Shown here: positions 8,239 through 17,208 of the stretch, piece after piece | How positions within the stretch are numbered: the first letter of the stretch is position 1 | Layout of the letters: each line of letters begins with the position of its first letter | Origin: Candidatus Brocadiaceae bacterium | Lineage (GTDB): Bacteria; Planctomycetota; Brocadiia; Brocadiales; Brocadiaceae | Direction of reading: 5' to 3' | Assembly (NCBI GenBank): GCA_039794405.1 | Contig: JBDIVL010000002.1 | Span: 39,403 to 71,402, forward strand | Length of the DNA stretch: 32,000 bases | Position numbers and translations under genes: made by a program | Notes under the pieces: model-generated | What the model saw: only the letters and a program-made list of their open reading frames with translations | The model's database searches: none | Told to the model about the DNA's origin: nothing

Positions 8239-8668
8239 GATGGAGTGAGAGAACTACGGAAACCACAGATTGCACAGATTTCACAGATAAAAACCTTAAA
8301 TTAGATCGGGTTTTAAAGGACAAAAACCCAACGACTTTTCTGTCATTCATTCCGAACACATTCACTCTGTGATGGGTGAACTCCGTGAGGAATCTTAACA
8401 GTAACAGCCCAAGATTCCTCACGATGTTCGGAACAAGGATTTCTCCCGGAGCCTGTCCTAAGCGAAAGATTTCTCGTCACTTCGTTCCTCGAAATGACAA
8501 AAGAAATGAGTGAAATGACAAAAAGAGAAGAGGTCGAAATGACACATAGAGCATACAACTTTGAAATTCCTAAACCCCAAGTTAGTGAATGGATATTCAA
8601 CTTATCTACCCATTTACTCATCTACCAAAATCTGTTAAATCTGTGCAATCTGGGTTTTTCCATCTCTT
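8239..8668. repeat. MITE-like non-coding element with terminal inverted repeats and nested internal hairpins
   Basis: The inverted-repeat core cagattgcacagatttcacagat (8266-8288) matches the reverse complement of 8630-8652 at 22/23 positions. An internal 13-bp perfect stem joins 8384-8396 and 8411-8423. An outer 9-bp stem joins 8350-8358 and 8425-8433. GAAATGA(C/G) occurs four times (8491, 8503, 8512, 8536). No credible ORF is present. Confidence 0.5.
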
Positions 8669-8705
8669 TTTATCAGACTGGGGCTTTACTTTACTTCGCT
8701 AGATT

Positions 8706-10229
8706 TTATTTTGGACTAGCGTTTTCCAATATGGCATCTACCAGCCCTGGAATAGTATATTCCTTGGCCTTAATCGTAACATGAAGCCCCATCTCCTCGG
8801 CGGTCTGTGTGGTAATGGGACCGATGCTGGCGTACTGGACATGGCCATTTAAACCTGCAATGTTTTTTTCACCGATGATCTGAACAAAGTTCCTTACGGT
8901 AGATGAGCTGGTAAAGGTGACAATATGGACTTCTCCATTTTTGATCTTCTCCGCAAGGTTAACATTCTTTGGCTGTGCCATAATGGTTTTATAAGCCACC
9001 AGATCGGTAACCTCTCCACCCAATTTTCTCAATTCTTCAGGTAAAAAGCTCCTGGCGATGTCTGCCCTTGGCAGCAGGAATTTTTCACCTTTGATAACCG
9101 TTACCTTCTTGAGTTCCTCTACAACAGATTCTGCAACAAATTTCGGTGGCCGGCAGTCAACTTTTATATGGTATTTTTCGATTCCACTCTCTGTTGCAGG
9201 GCCGATAGCGCACAGCTTTATGCCCTTCAGGTCCCGGATATCCCTTCCCAGCTCAAACAATCGTTGAAAGAAGGCATCTACTCCGTTGATGCTGGTAAAG
9301 ACAAGCCAATGGTAGGAATTGATATTGTTTATGGCCTCATCGAGGGGATGAATGGTATCCGGTTTTGCAATCTCAATGGTAGGAAATTCGATGACATGGG
9401 CACCCCATTCACTTAATTGGTCTGCAAATTCACTGGCCTGATCCCTTGAACGTGTTACAACGATCGTCTTCCCGAATAAGGGCTTGGTCTCAAACCAGTT
9501 GAGTTGTTCTCTAAGCTTTACAACCTCACCAACAATGGTAATGGCCGGGGGCTTTATATCCTTGGCTTTCTGTACAATCGTGTCCAGCGTTCCTACCACG
9601 GTTTTTTGTTGAGATCTGGTTCCCCATCGGATTACGGCAACAGGGGTGTCTTTGGAGCGGCCGTGTTTTATGAGCTGTCCGGTAATATACGGAAGGTTCT
9701 TAATTCCCATATAAAAGGTGAGCGTACCGATTCCTGTGCTGATCTTTGCCCAGTCAATAGAACTCTCATCTTTTGTAGGGTCTTCATGCCCGGTAATCAG
9801 CCCGAAGGTTGAAGTAAAATTACGATGGGTAACGGGTATGCCTGCATAGTTAGGAGTTGCGATAGCAGCAGTAATACCAGGAACTACCTCAAAGGGTATG
9901 TGATGCTCGTAAAGCACCAGTGCCTCTTCTCCACCGCGTCCGAAGACATAGGGATCACCACCCTTTAACCGGGTTACTACTTTATTCTCCAGCGCCTTTT
10001 TCACGAGAAGCATATTAATCTCTTCCTGCTCAAGGGTGTGTGCACCCCCTTGTTTTCCAACATAGACCAGTTCCGCATCCGATTTAGCAACTTTCAGGAG
10101 GTCAACATTTACCAGATAATCGTAAATAATTACATCGGCCTTTTTAATACATTCCAGGCCTTTTATGGTAATAAGCCGTGGGTCACCCGGACCTGCGCCC
10201 ACAAGATACACGATGCTCCGTTTCATCAA
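8706..10229 (-). CDS. cobA: Uroporphyrinogen-III C-methyltransferase / uroporphyrinogen-III synthase fusion (CobA/HemD)
   Basis: The N-terminal SUMT signature is VYLVGAGPGDPRLITIKGLECIKKADVIIYD...LKGGDPYVFGRGGEE. The C-terminal ~250 aa are HemD-like (TIVVTRSRDQASEF...VTFTSSSTVRNF). Confidence 0.85.
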   Translation of the reverse strand: MMKRSIVYLVGAGPGDPRLITIKGLECIKKADVIIYDYLVNVDLLKVAKSDAELVYVGKQGGAHTLEQEEINMLLVKKALENKVVTRLKGGDPYVFGRGGEEALVLYEHHIPFEVVPGITAAIATPNYAGIPVTHRNFTSTFGLITGHEDPTKDESSIDWAKISTGIGTLTFYMGIKNLPYITGQLIKHGRSKDTPVAVIRWGTRSQQKTVVGTLDTIVQKAKDIKPPAITIVGEVVKLREQLNWFETKPLFGKTIVVTRSRDQASEFADQLSEWGAHVIEFPTIEIAKPDTIHPLDEAINNINSYHWLVFTSINGVDAFFQRLFELGRDIRDLKGIKLCAIGPATESGIEKYHIKVDCRPPKFVAESVVEELKKVTVIKGEKFLLPRADIARSFLPEELRKLGGEVTDLVAYKTIMAQPKNVNLAEKIKNGEVHIVTFTSSSTVRNFVQIIGEKNIAGLNGHVQYASIGPITTQTAEEMGLHVTIKAKEYTIPGLVDAILENASPK

Positions 10230-10302
10230 TAGAACCTTTCATATATTCGATTATTTTCATACAAAATTTAAATAATTATGATATTGAAAATTACGGTATT
10301 AA

Positions 10303-12096
10303 TCAACTATGTTTTTCGTACTGTTTTATTCTCTCTATGGCCTCGGCTGCATTCTCCCGGACATCTTCATTCTTATGAAGGGTTAAGGCCTGAAGTGCTG
10401 AAAGTGCCTTCGGATTGCCTATTCTACCCAGTGCCCATACAGCCGAGCTTATGACCGATGGCTCTTTGTCCTTTAGCGCCCATAGAAGTGAGGTAACGGC
10501 ACGGTCGTCTCCAATCCAACCCAGGGTTTGCGCTGCTCGCTCCCTGGTAAACCCGTTTATTTCATGAAGTAAACCAATGAGTGCATTTACTGCGGGGGTG
10601 CCGATCTTTATCAGCGCCCATCCTGCCCTGCGTCTTGTTACTTCTTCATTATCTCTCAAGGCATCTATTAAGGACGGTATTGATTTTTTTCCGATTCCGG
10701 CTAATGCCCATGCAGCCTTTGTACGTGTCCATGCAGCATTTTCTCCGGCATCAGTAACCAAAACATTCGCAAGGGTGTTTATGGCTTTATCACTACCAAG
10801 ATGACCCAACGCCTCAGCACAAGCGCTTTTAACATACCAGTCTTTCTCTTTCGAGAGGGCTTCTGTCAGCGCAAACACTGCACTCCGGTTTTTGAATGTA
10901 CCTAAGGTTCTCGCGATATCATACCTGACCCATTGATTTGTTTCTGTTTTTAACGCCTCAACAAGCGTTGATACAGAACGGGTGTTGCCTAACCTTTTCA
11001 ATGCAAGGACAGCTTCTCTCCGCACCTCGGCATCTTTATCCTTCAGGAGAGGTTGTATATACTCCGATGCATCTTTATCATCACAAAACCCAAGTGCCCA
11101 GGCGGCATTTTGTCTTACGTGGAAGTGTTTATTCTTAAGGAGTTTTACGAAAGACGGCATAGTATATTTATTTGGTAATATCAGAAGCGACAGAGCGGCG
11201 GTTCTTGACTTATCATAATCTGCATCTTCTATTGTTTCTACCAATGTTTTCACATTCCCCTGAATAGAGGCAGGGTTACTGCCTTCATCTTTCCGGATAT
11301 TACTCATTCTGGCATTTTGCTGTTTTTCCCGGAAGATTGTCCGGTCTTCGATGTTGAGAATATCCATGGCAACACATGGGTAATCTATGAGGATAACGTC
11401 AGTACCTCTCTTAATCAGATCTTTTATAGCCTTTCTGTTGTCGCTGCCAAGTACCATCGAGAATACATACTTCTTTTCTTCGTGGATACGGGCAACTTTT
11501 TCCTCTGTCAACTCCTCTGATGACAGAAAAACAAGTTCTTTACCAGGTTGGCTTATTTCATTCGTATCTAAATTTCTCAACGTACCCCAGAGGTACACTT
11601 GCGAAGCCATTTCAAATACTTCGATAAGGTCCATGATTTGCTTCTCGAGGCAGGTCTGTTTGACATTTAAAATCAACTTGAGCTTATTTATCCTGGAGAA
11701 TTGGAGGACCTCAGAAAGAAGTGGTACTCGTTCATTCTCAAACTCCATACCACGCCATGACCCGGCATCATATTGCCGTATTTCGGCATATGATAACTGG
11801 TCAACACGTCCCTTCCCGTCGGTTGTTCTATCAATTGTCTCATCACACATCAGTATAAGTTGATTATCCTTTGTTCGTCGAATGTCAATCCAAATTCCAT
11901 CGATACCCAGCTCAGAAACCCGCTTTAATGCAGCAAAAGTATTTTCAGGAACATCTTCTAATATCCCGTGATGTGCAATGATTTCGACGTGCCCTGTATT
12001 TTCTGCCAGAGCAGGTATTGTCAAAAGGGGCAAAGAACACAGGACGAGGAGTGAGATGTATTTCAGACTTTTCAGATATTTTCGATAAAAAGGCAC
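10303..12096 (-). CDS. Secreted glycerophosphodiester phosphodiesterase (GDPD) domain fused to a C-terminal array of HEAT/PBS-lyase-type repeats
   Basis: GDPD motifs: IIAHHGILEDVPENTFAALKRV and DIRRTKDNQLILMCDETIDRTTDG. HEAT-like units recur about every 31 aa (VRQNAAWALG, VRREAVLALKRLG, VRYDIARTLG, and others). The start was moved to the GTG at 12096, with GGAG 6 nt upstream, giving the signal-peptide-like MPFYRKYLKSLKYISLLVLCSLPLLTIPALA. Confidence 0.75.
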   Translation of the reverse strand: MPFYRKYLKSLKYISLLVLCSLPLLTIPALAENTGHVEIIAHHGILEDVPENTFAALKRVSELGIDGIWIDIRRTKDNQLILMCDETIDRTTDGKGRVDQLSYAEIRQYDAGSWRGMEFENERVPLLSEVLQFSRINKLKLILNVKQTCLEKQIMDLIEVFEMASQVYLWGTLRNLDTNEISQPGKELVFLSSEELTEEKVARIHEEKKYVFSMVLGSDNRKAIKDLIKRGTDVILIDYPCVAMDILNIEDRTIFREKQQNARMSNIRKDEGSNPASIQGNVKTLVETIEDADYDKSRTAALSLLILPNKYTMPSFVKLLKNKHFHVRQNAAWALGFCDDKDASEYIQPLLKDKDAEVRREAVLALKRLGNTRSVSTLVEALKTETNQWVRYDIARTLGTFKNRSAVFALTEALSKEKDWYVKSACAEALGHLGSDKAINTLANVLVTDAGENAAWTRTKAAWALAGIGKKSIPSLIDALRDNEEVTRRRAGWALIKIGTPAVNALIGLLHEINGFTRERAAQTLGWIGDDRAVTSLLWALKDKEPSVISSAVWALGRIGNPKALSALQALTLHKNEDVRENAAEAIERIKQYEKHS

Positions 12097-12293
12097 AAAA
12101 AACTCCAAATCCAAATTCCAAACAAATTCCGTAACAATTCAGTTCACCGCAAGGGCACAAAGGACGCAAAGAAAAAACTTACGAATATCCGGCTTCTTAT
12201 AGTATTACTCCGTAAAAACTTCTTTTTGTAAGTTTTTACCTCCCCTTAGTCTCCTCTTTGTGAAGGAGAGAATCGGAAGGCCGTTATTGCTCT

Positions 12294-12340
12294 ACCACCC
12301 CTCTTTCCCCTCCTTCGCAAGGAGGGGAAAGAGGGGTGGT
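12294..12340 (-). terminator. Perfect 22-bp stem / 3-nt loop hairpin 31 nt downstream of the LptC/LptA-like gene
   Basis: accacccctctttcccctcctt (12294-12315) pairs perfectly with aaggaggggaaagaggggtggt (12319-12340). There is no U-tract on the minus strand; T-rich sequence follows on the plus strand. Confidence 0.45.
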
Positions 12341-12371
12341 TGTCTTTTGGTTGCGGTTTTGCTGCGATGTG

Positions 12372-14309
12372 CTATTTTTTACTATTCTGCAATTGCCAGT
12401 GCGGCCTGCCTTCCCATGTAACACGGTTCTCTGCCATATTAAAATATACCTTGTCAGAGAATGTCTTTGATCCCTCTTTCCGCAATTCTGCTTTTGGATT
12501 GCCTGTCATTATGGCTATATCCTGAACCAAATCCCAAATAAGAAATGAGCCGAACCCTTCACAACCATGTAAGACCTTACTAAAAAAATAGGTATTACCA
12601 GTTGCTATGATTTTACTTATTTTTTGGCTGTCATTCAGATACGCATCTATTTGATCACCATTCAACTTCTGTCCACCTCGCGTAGCCTGAACTTCTTCAA
12701 AAAAACTTACTTTTTTCAGGTCGTCATTATAGGTCATTCTCTTAGACCAATCGACTGTCACATCCGATTCTTCAACACCCTCTTCCCCTTTTTCATACAA
12801 ATTTCCTTTGCCTTCACAGAGGACGCTATTTCTGTCTTCATAGAAAAGTACTTTCGGTGAAAAAATCTGCCTTCTATTTCCTTCCCGCAAGATTGCAAAG
12901 GGGTGACCCCTCAAGGTGGTAACTTTATTTTTTGCATTCCAGGTAACCTGGTCCCCAACAGCTTCATTGTATAAACTGCCTTTCTTATCTATAATATGAA
13001 TTTTTTCTGTTGCCTTCATATTTTGCATACTGAAATCATTTTCATTAAATACCACATACAGGTTATCACAAGAAAGGGTAGAATTTCCCCTTCTGACTTC
13101 AATATTTTTTTCGAAGCTAGCCTCCCGCGTTCCATCCAGGAAATTCATTTTCCCTTCCCATTTCACGTTAATGTTTGTATCAGGTTTATCTGTCCTGGCT
13201 GTAGTATCTTTTTCCTTTGATTTTTCTCTGATCTTTGCCTTTAAGCTGCCGGAACTCGGGACATCTATCTTACCAGTATCTCTATAAAAGATCATCTTCA
13301 GTGCATCAATACTCAGCACATCATTAACAAATTCAGCCTTTTGGGCATCCTCCAGGATTGCACTTTGGGTGTTAACATCCCATGTTAAAAAACTTCCCTT
13401 GGCAATTTTTGTCCCCTGGGAGGCGAGTACATTTCCACTTGCAATGGCCTGCTCCGTTTTTTTTGTTTTCTGGTTAAGGAAGATGACTAGTTTATCTGAA
13501 TAAACAGTCGCACTGCCTCTTTTTGTCTGTACATTATCGTTAAAGGTCATAATATTTGCATCTGCACTTCTATCAAATACCAGTTGTCCACTCGATTGGA
13601 TATAGGTTTTCTCAAGAGGCATTTCTTTCGTGTCCGTTTCCTCTAAAGAAGCTGTATCATCAACATCGTCCTTGGAAAGGAAAAAGAGGTCGTTTTTGAC
13701 ACCATCCATTTCCATTTCAGCATTTTTTTTAATCCACATCTTTTTATTAGCAAGGTCTATCTCGCACCCTTGACCGGTAATTACTATACCCTGGCCATGT
13801 ATCGTAACAAAATCATCCGTGGATACCAGTTTTTTTTCAGGCAAGTATCTCATATAGTCTGTATTGAGTTTCGTTTCGAGGTCGAAATGGATAATTACAT
13901 TCTCAGAGAGATAACCCTCGTTCGTAACCCTATTCATCTCACCATTATCAGAAGTAATGAATACGGACTGCGTACCACTTTCAGTATTTGTAGTATCACG
14001 GACCTCAATTTCCGGAGTAATAATCTTATACATATCATTATCCAGAAGAATGGTATCCTTGCCACGCATGATTAAAAATTCTTCTCCTTTTTCATCATAG
14101 TTTGGAATAGAAAGATCTTGTACTGTTTGTGTTACTGTGCCCTGATTACTTTTATTATATACCGGATCATGAATAGCGGGATTTTCCTGAGCAGGATTCT
14201 CCTTCCGGCCCTTTGTATCCTTTCCTGGTTGAGATATAACAAGAGACACAATGATGGTGAGGATACAGGCAATAGGAGTACCAATAAATATATATCTTCG
14301 TTTTGTCAT
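12372..14309 (-). CDS. Membrane-anchored protein with LptC-like and repeated LptA/OstA-like beta-jellyroll segments (putative)
   Basis: There is a single N-terminal TM segment (IFIGTPIACILTIIVSLVI). It is followed by repeated beta-rich modules resembling LptC/LptA patterns (GNV..., TW/TF ... G ... repeats, for example ASGNVLASQGTKIAKGSFLTWDVNTQSAILED). The assignment is from pattern memory only. Confidence 0.45.
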   Translation of the reverse strand: MTKRRYIFIGTPIACILTIIVSLVISQPGKDTKGRKENPAQENPAIHDPVYNKSNQGTVTQTVQDLSIPNYDEKGEEFLIMRGKDTILLDNDMYKIITPEIEVRDTTNTESGTQSVFITSDNGEMNRVTNEGYLSENVIIHFDLETKLNTDYMRYLPEKKLVSTDDFVTIHGQGIVITGQGCEIDLANKKMWIKKNAEMEMDGVKNDLFFLSKDDVDDTASLEETDTKEMPLEKTYIQSSGQLVFDRSADANIMTFNDNVQTKRGSATVYSDKLVIFLNQKTKKTEQAIASGNVLASQGTKIAKGSFLTWDVNTQSAILEDAQKAEFVNDVLSIDALKMIFYRDTGKIDVPSSGSLKAKIREKSKEKDTTARTDKPDTNINVKWEGKMNFLDGTREASFEKNIEVRRGNSTLSCDNLYVVFNENDFSMQNMKATEKIHIIDKKGSLYNEAVGDQVTWNAKNKVTTLRGHPFAILREGNRRQIFSPKVLFYEDRNSVLCEGKGNLYEKGEEGVEESDVTVDWSKRMTYNDDLKKVSFFEEVQATRGGQKLNGDQIDAYLNDSQKISKIIATGNTYFFSKVLHGCEGFGSFLIWDLVQDIAIMTGNPKAELRKEGSKTFSDKVYFNMAENRVTWEGRPHWQLQNSKK

Positions 14310-14445
14310 AAGAGTTCGAAAAAGGGTTTTTTGTTCTCAGGGATTATTATCCATATTATATAAATTTCATACAACTATTAGCACGATATTTTTCCAAAAT
14401 TTCATTAGCCTTCTATAGATAACTTAAGTAGAAATGCCCAAAGTC

Positions 14446-14620
14446 GGTACAATCTTGTGGATTAAACCAAAATTTAGAATTGATTGATAAATTTTTGGTT
14501 GGTGTCGGCTTAGGAAAACGTGCCAACCATTTCGGTTCAATCGTGGACGATTGAACCAACCCTGAGAATACTCCTGGAGCCGGAATGACAATGCCTGTTT
14601 TCGGATAGACTCTTAAACCC
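14446..14620. repeat. Mosaic intergenic repeat cluster: one degenerate and one intact GGTTCAATC hairpin plus two shared modules
   Basis: Degenerate hairpin ggtacaatc-ttgtg-gattaaacc lies at 14446-14468. Intact hairpin ggttcaatc-gtggac-gattgaacc lies at 14534-14557. ccctgagaatactcctg (14560-14576) matches 27071-27087 at 16/17. ggaatgacaatgcctgttttcggataga (14582-14609) matches the reverse complement of 29558-29585 at 26/28. Confidence 0.65.
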
Positions 14621-14626
14621 CGTTTG

Positions 14627-17197
14627 CTATAAAACAGAGGATACTTCTGAAGTTTCAGGCGACAGATTCATAGTGTGAATATCTGTACGGCTTAAAGGCA
14701 GGCCAATATAAAAATCCGTTCCAACACCTTCTTTACTCTCTACGTAGAGAATCCCTTCGTGATCCTTTATGATTCTATACACTATCGCCAGTCCAAGTCC
14801 GGTACCTTTATCCTTATTCGTAAAGAACGGCTCAAAGATATGTGAAATATTCTCGGCAGGAATGCCTGCGCCCTTATCAGAGATTTTAATAATATAGTAG
14901 TGTTTATTATTCAATACATGAAATGAAAATGGGGCAAAGGAAAAGAAAACACAACAAGCGCTTGCCTTCGCCATTTTTCTAAATCCTAAAAGGTTATCTA
15001 TCAAATCCGTATTCACTTTAATGTACCCGCCTCCTGGCGATACATCAATACTATTTTGTAGAATATTTATCAGTACCTGCTTAATCTTATCTTCATCTGC
15101 AATAAGCCGGTACCCTCTTTCTTTTACATCTGCAGTTATCTCCACACCCTTCGTTCGTGCGGTGTTTTTGAATAAATTTACTACATCCATTATTACAGAA
15201 TAAGGGTCCATGTGTTGTAAGATAGGCTGAGAGGGTTTTGCCAAATTGAGCAGATCTTCAATAATTCTGTTAATCCTTTCTATTTCCTTTACAGCAACCT
15301 GCTGGAAGCCCGTGTGAAAGTCTTTATCATCCTTTTTGTATGGAAGCAGTTGAAAATAAGTGTTGATGGCCACAAGTGGATTTTTTATCTCATGGGCAAT
15401 ATTGGCTGCAAGGGTACCAAGATGGGCCAGGCGCTCGGAGTGCTGCTTTTCTGCCTGGAGTGATTTCAATTCTGTAAGGTCTGTCAGGATTATTAAGGAG
15501 CCAAGCCTCTTCCCGTCCTCTGTCTTGAGTTTGGTTGTTGTAACATCGCACGGAATCTTTTTCTCTCCTTCCTCAATAATAGTTTCGATATTATAATATT
15601 CTGTGTCACTTGTAAGGGTGTGCTTCAATATCTGGTACGTCTCTTTACCAAGCTTTTTCAGTATTATTTCGGTGGTATTTTCACCCTTCAGCCCAAGGAT
15701 TCTTTTCGCTTCATTATTCAGAAAGGTAACTTCTCCGTTATTATCCACAACGATAACCCCATTTTTTAAGCTCTGAAGAATATTATCCCTGAAAGTTTTA
15801 GCTTCCCTCAACCCTGAATAGAGACGGGCATTGTTGGCTGCCATGGCTAACTGGCCGGAAAACGCGAGAAACATTTGAATATCTTCCTGGGTAAATATCT
15901 TTTTATTAATCTTCCTTCCCAAAAGGATTATGCCAAAGAGATCATTCTCCTGAAATACAGGGATACAACTGTCTACATCGAGAGAAGCTAATTTATCTTC
16001 TAGTAAATAATCAAATTTGCTGTGAGTAAAACGGCTCAATTGGTCACGAGAGAGAACCGTTTTATTTTGACAAAGCCATGTAACTATCGGTTCTTGTTTG
16101 GAGAAGAACAGGTTATCTCCAGGTGTAAAATTTATCGCTGCTCTCAAATTATAGTGTTGGGTAACCACATCCTTAAGAAGAATGCATATCTTCTCCATAC
16201 CTATAGATTCGTTTAGATACTGGATGGCATGATGGAGAAGCCCGTCTAAATTGTGGATAGATGAGAACATCGTTGTAGAATCACTGAGAATTTTTGGGTG
16301 ACTATATTTCGTACGAAATATAGTCTTTTCAATAATGTGTTGAATTGACTCCCGGGCAGATACAAACGTTATAGCCATTACTATGGTAGAAACAATAGTG
16401 GTAATTGTATTTTTATACTCTGATCCAGGGAGTATACTGCTTAAGAATAGTACAACAGCAAAATAGATTGCACTAAGAGCAATGGATAGAACGACATAGA
16501 CGGTACTCCGTTTAATTATCAGACTGATATCCATAAGGTGATACTTTATGATAGTGTAAGCTACAGTTGCCGGGATAGGAATGGATACCAAGGGTACAAA
16601 CCTCTCAATCTGCCATATGTCTAATATTGGCAAAAGAAAGTTTGTAATAATTGCTATAAAGAAAAACAAGAAAACTCCCAAGAACATGTATTGAATTTGC
16701 AACCTTTTGATCCCATAATAACGCAGACTTTTTTTGTAAAGACCGTATAGTGAATAAATCATGCAGGGTATAAAATAAAGCCAAAAAATATGAAATAGAG
16801 GACCGTATTTGGCACGAGGAAACTGGTTCTCAAAAGAAACCGAATCAACAATGTAGGAAGAAAGGAACGATAGAATCGTACTTACCGTGAAGAAAAAGAT
16901 ACTTAAGTGCTTGTCAACGGATCGCTCTACTTTATCCGGGAAAATAGAGGAAAAAAAGAAAAACGAAGAGGGTATAAAAAGAGCTGCACAATAGACCAGC
17001 TTCAATCTGTAGGCAGCCGATGTAGGATCTGTAGTACAAACCACAAGAAAAATAAAAAATATCCATATAGACAAAACATGTGAAAAGATACAAAATCTTT
17101 TGTTAAGAATACTTACAGGCTCTCTTAAAAACACAAAGATTCCGAGTCCGGCAATTAACAGGCATATCAGAATATATACTATTTGAGTTGCAAGCAC
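14627..17197 (-). CDS. Membrane sensor histidine kinase (multi-TM N-terminus, GAF, PAS, HisKA, HATPase_c)
   Basis: About seven hydrophobic helices span the first ~290 aa. The H-box is AHEIKNPL and the ATPase motifs are DKGAGIP...FEPFFTNKDKGTGLGLAIV. The GTG start lies 11 nt after the upstream KS stop, with GAAGG 6 nt upstream. Confidence 0.85.
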   Translation of the reverse strand: MLATQIVYILICLLIAGLGIFVFLREPVSILNKRFCIFSHVLSIWIFFIFLVVCTTDPTSAAYRLKLVYCAALFIPSSFFFFSSIFPDKVERSVDKHLSIFFFTVSTILSFLSSYIVDSVSFENQFPRAKYGPLFHIFWLYFIPCMIYSLYGLYKKSLRYYGIKRLQIQYMFLGVFLFFFIAIITNFLLPILDIWQIERFVPLVSIPIPATVAYTIIKYHLMDISLIIKRSTVYVVLSIALSAIYFAVVLFLSSILPGSEYKNTITTIVSTIVMAITFVSARESIQHIIEKTIFRTKYSHPKILSDSTTMFSSIHNLDGLLHHAIQYLNESIGMEKICILLKDVVTQHYNLRAAINFTPGDNLFFSKQEPIVTWLCQNKTVLSRDQLSRFTHSKFDYLLEDKLASLDVDSCIPVFQENDLFGIILLGRKINKKIFTQEDIQMFLAFSGQLAMAANNARLYSGLREAKTFRDNILQSLKNGVIVVDNNGEVTFLNNEAKRILGLKGENTTEIILKKLGKETYQILKHTLTSDTEYYNIETIIEEGEKKIPCDVTTTKLKTEDGKRLGSLIILTDLTELKSLQAEKQHSERLAHLGTLAANIAHEIKNPLVAINTYFQLLPYKKDDKDFHTGFQQVAVKEIERINRIIEDLLNLAKPSQPILQHMDPYSVIMDVVNLFKNTARTKGVEITADVKERGYRLIADEDKIKQVLINILQNSIDVSPGGGYIKVNTDLIDNLLGFRKMAKASACCVFFSFAPFSFHVLNNKHYYIIKISDKGAGIPAENISHIFEPFFTNKDKGTGLGLAIVYRIIKDHEGILYVESKEGVGTDFYIGLPLSRTDIHTMNLSPETSEVSSVL

Positions 17198-17208
17198 AAT
17201 TTACCTTC

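Noticed and set aside
8491-8543. Four GAAATGA(C/G) copies considered as a possible mini-CRISPR or iteron array.
   Set aside because: The repeats are only 8 nt long with irregular spacing of 12, 9 and 24 nt. No cas genes or replication gene are nearby, and this is far too short for a CRISPR array.
8171-8784. ORFs of 83-96 aa on both strands across the 8.2-8.7 kb region.
   Set aside because: They are translations of inverted and tandem repeats (CACAGATT units, GAAATGAC units, nested hairpins). They overlap each other on both strands and have no coding signature.
10230-10302. A possible cobalamin or other riboswitch upstream of cobA/hemD.
   Set aside because: The spacer is only 73 nt and AT-rich with no B12-box-like sequence, so it is too short for a riboswitch aptamer.
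11387-11863. A 158-aa plus-strand ORF antisense to the GDPD-HEAT gene.
   Set aside because: It lies inside a well-supported CDS. The translation is Ser/Phe/Ile-rich and low in complexity, with no motifs.
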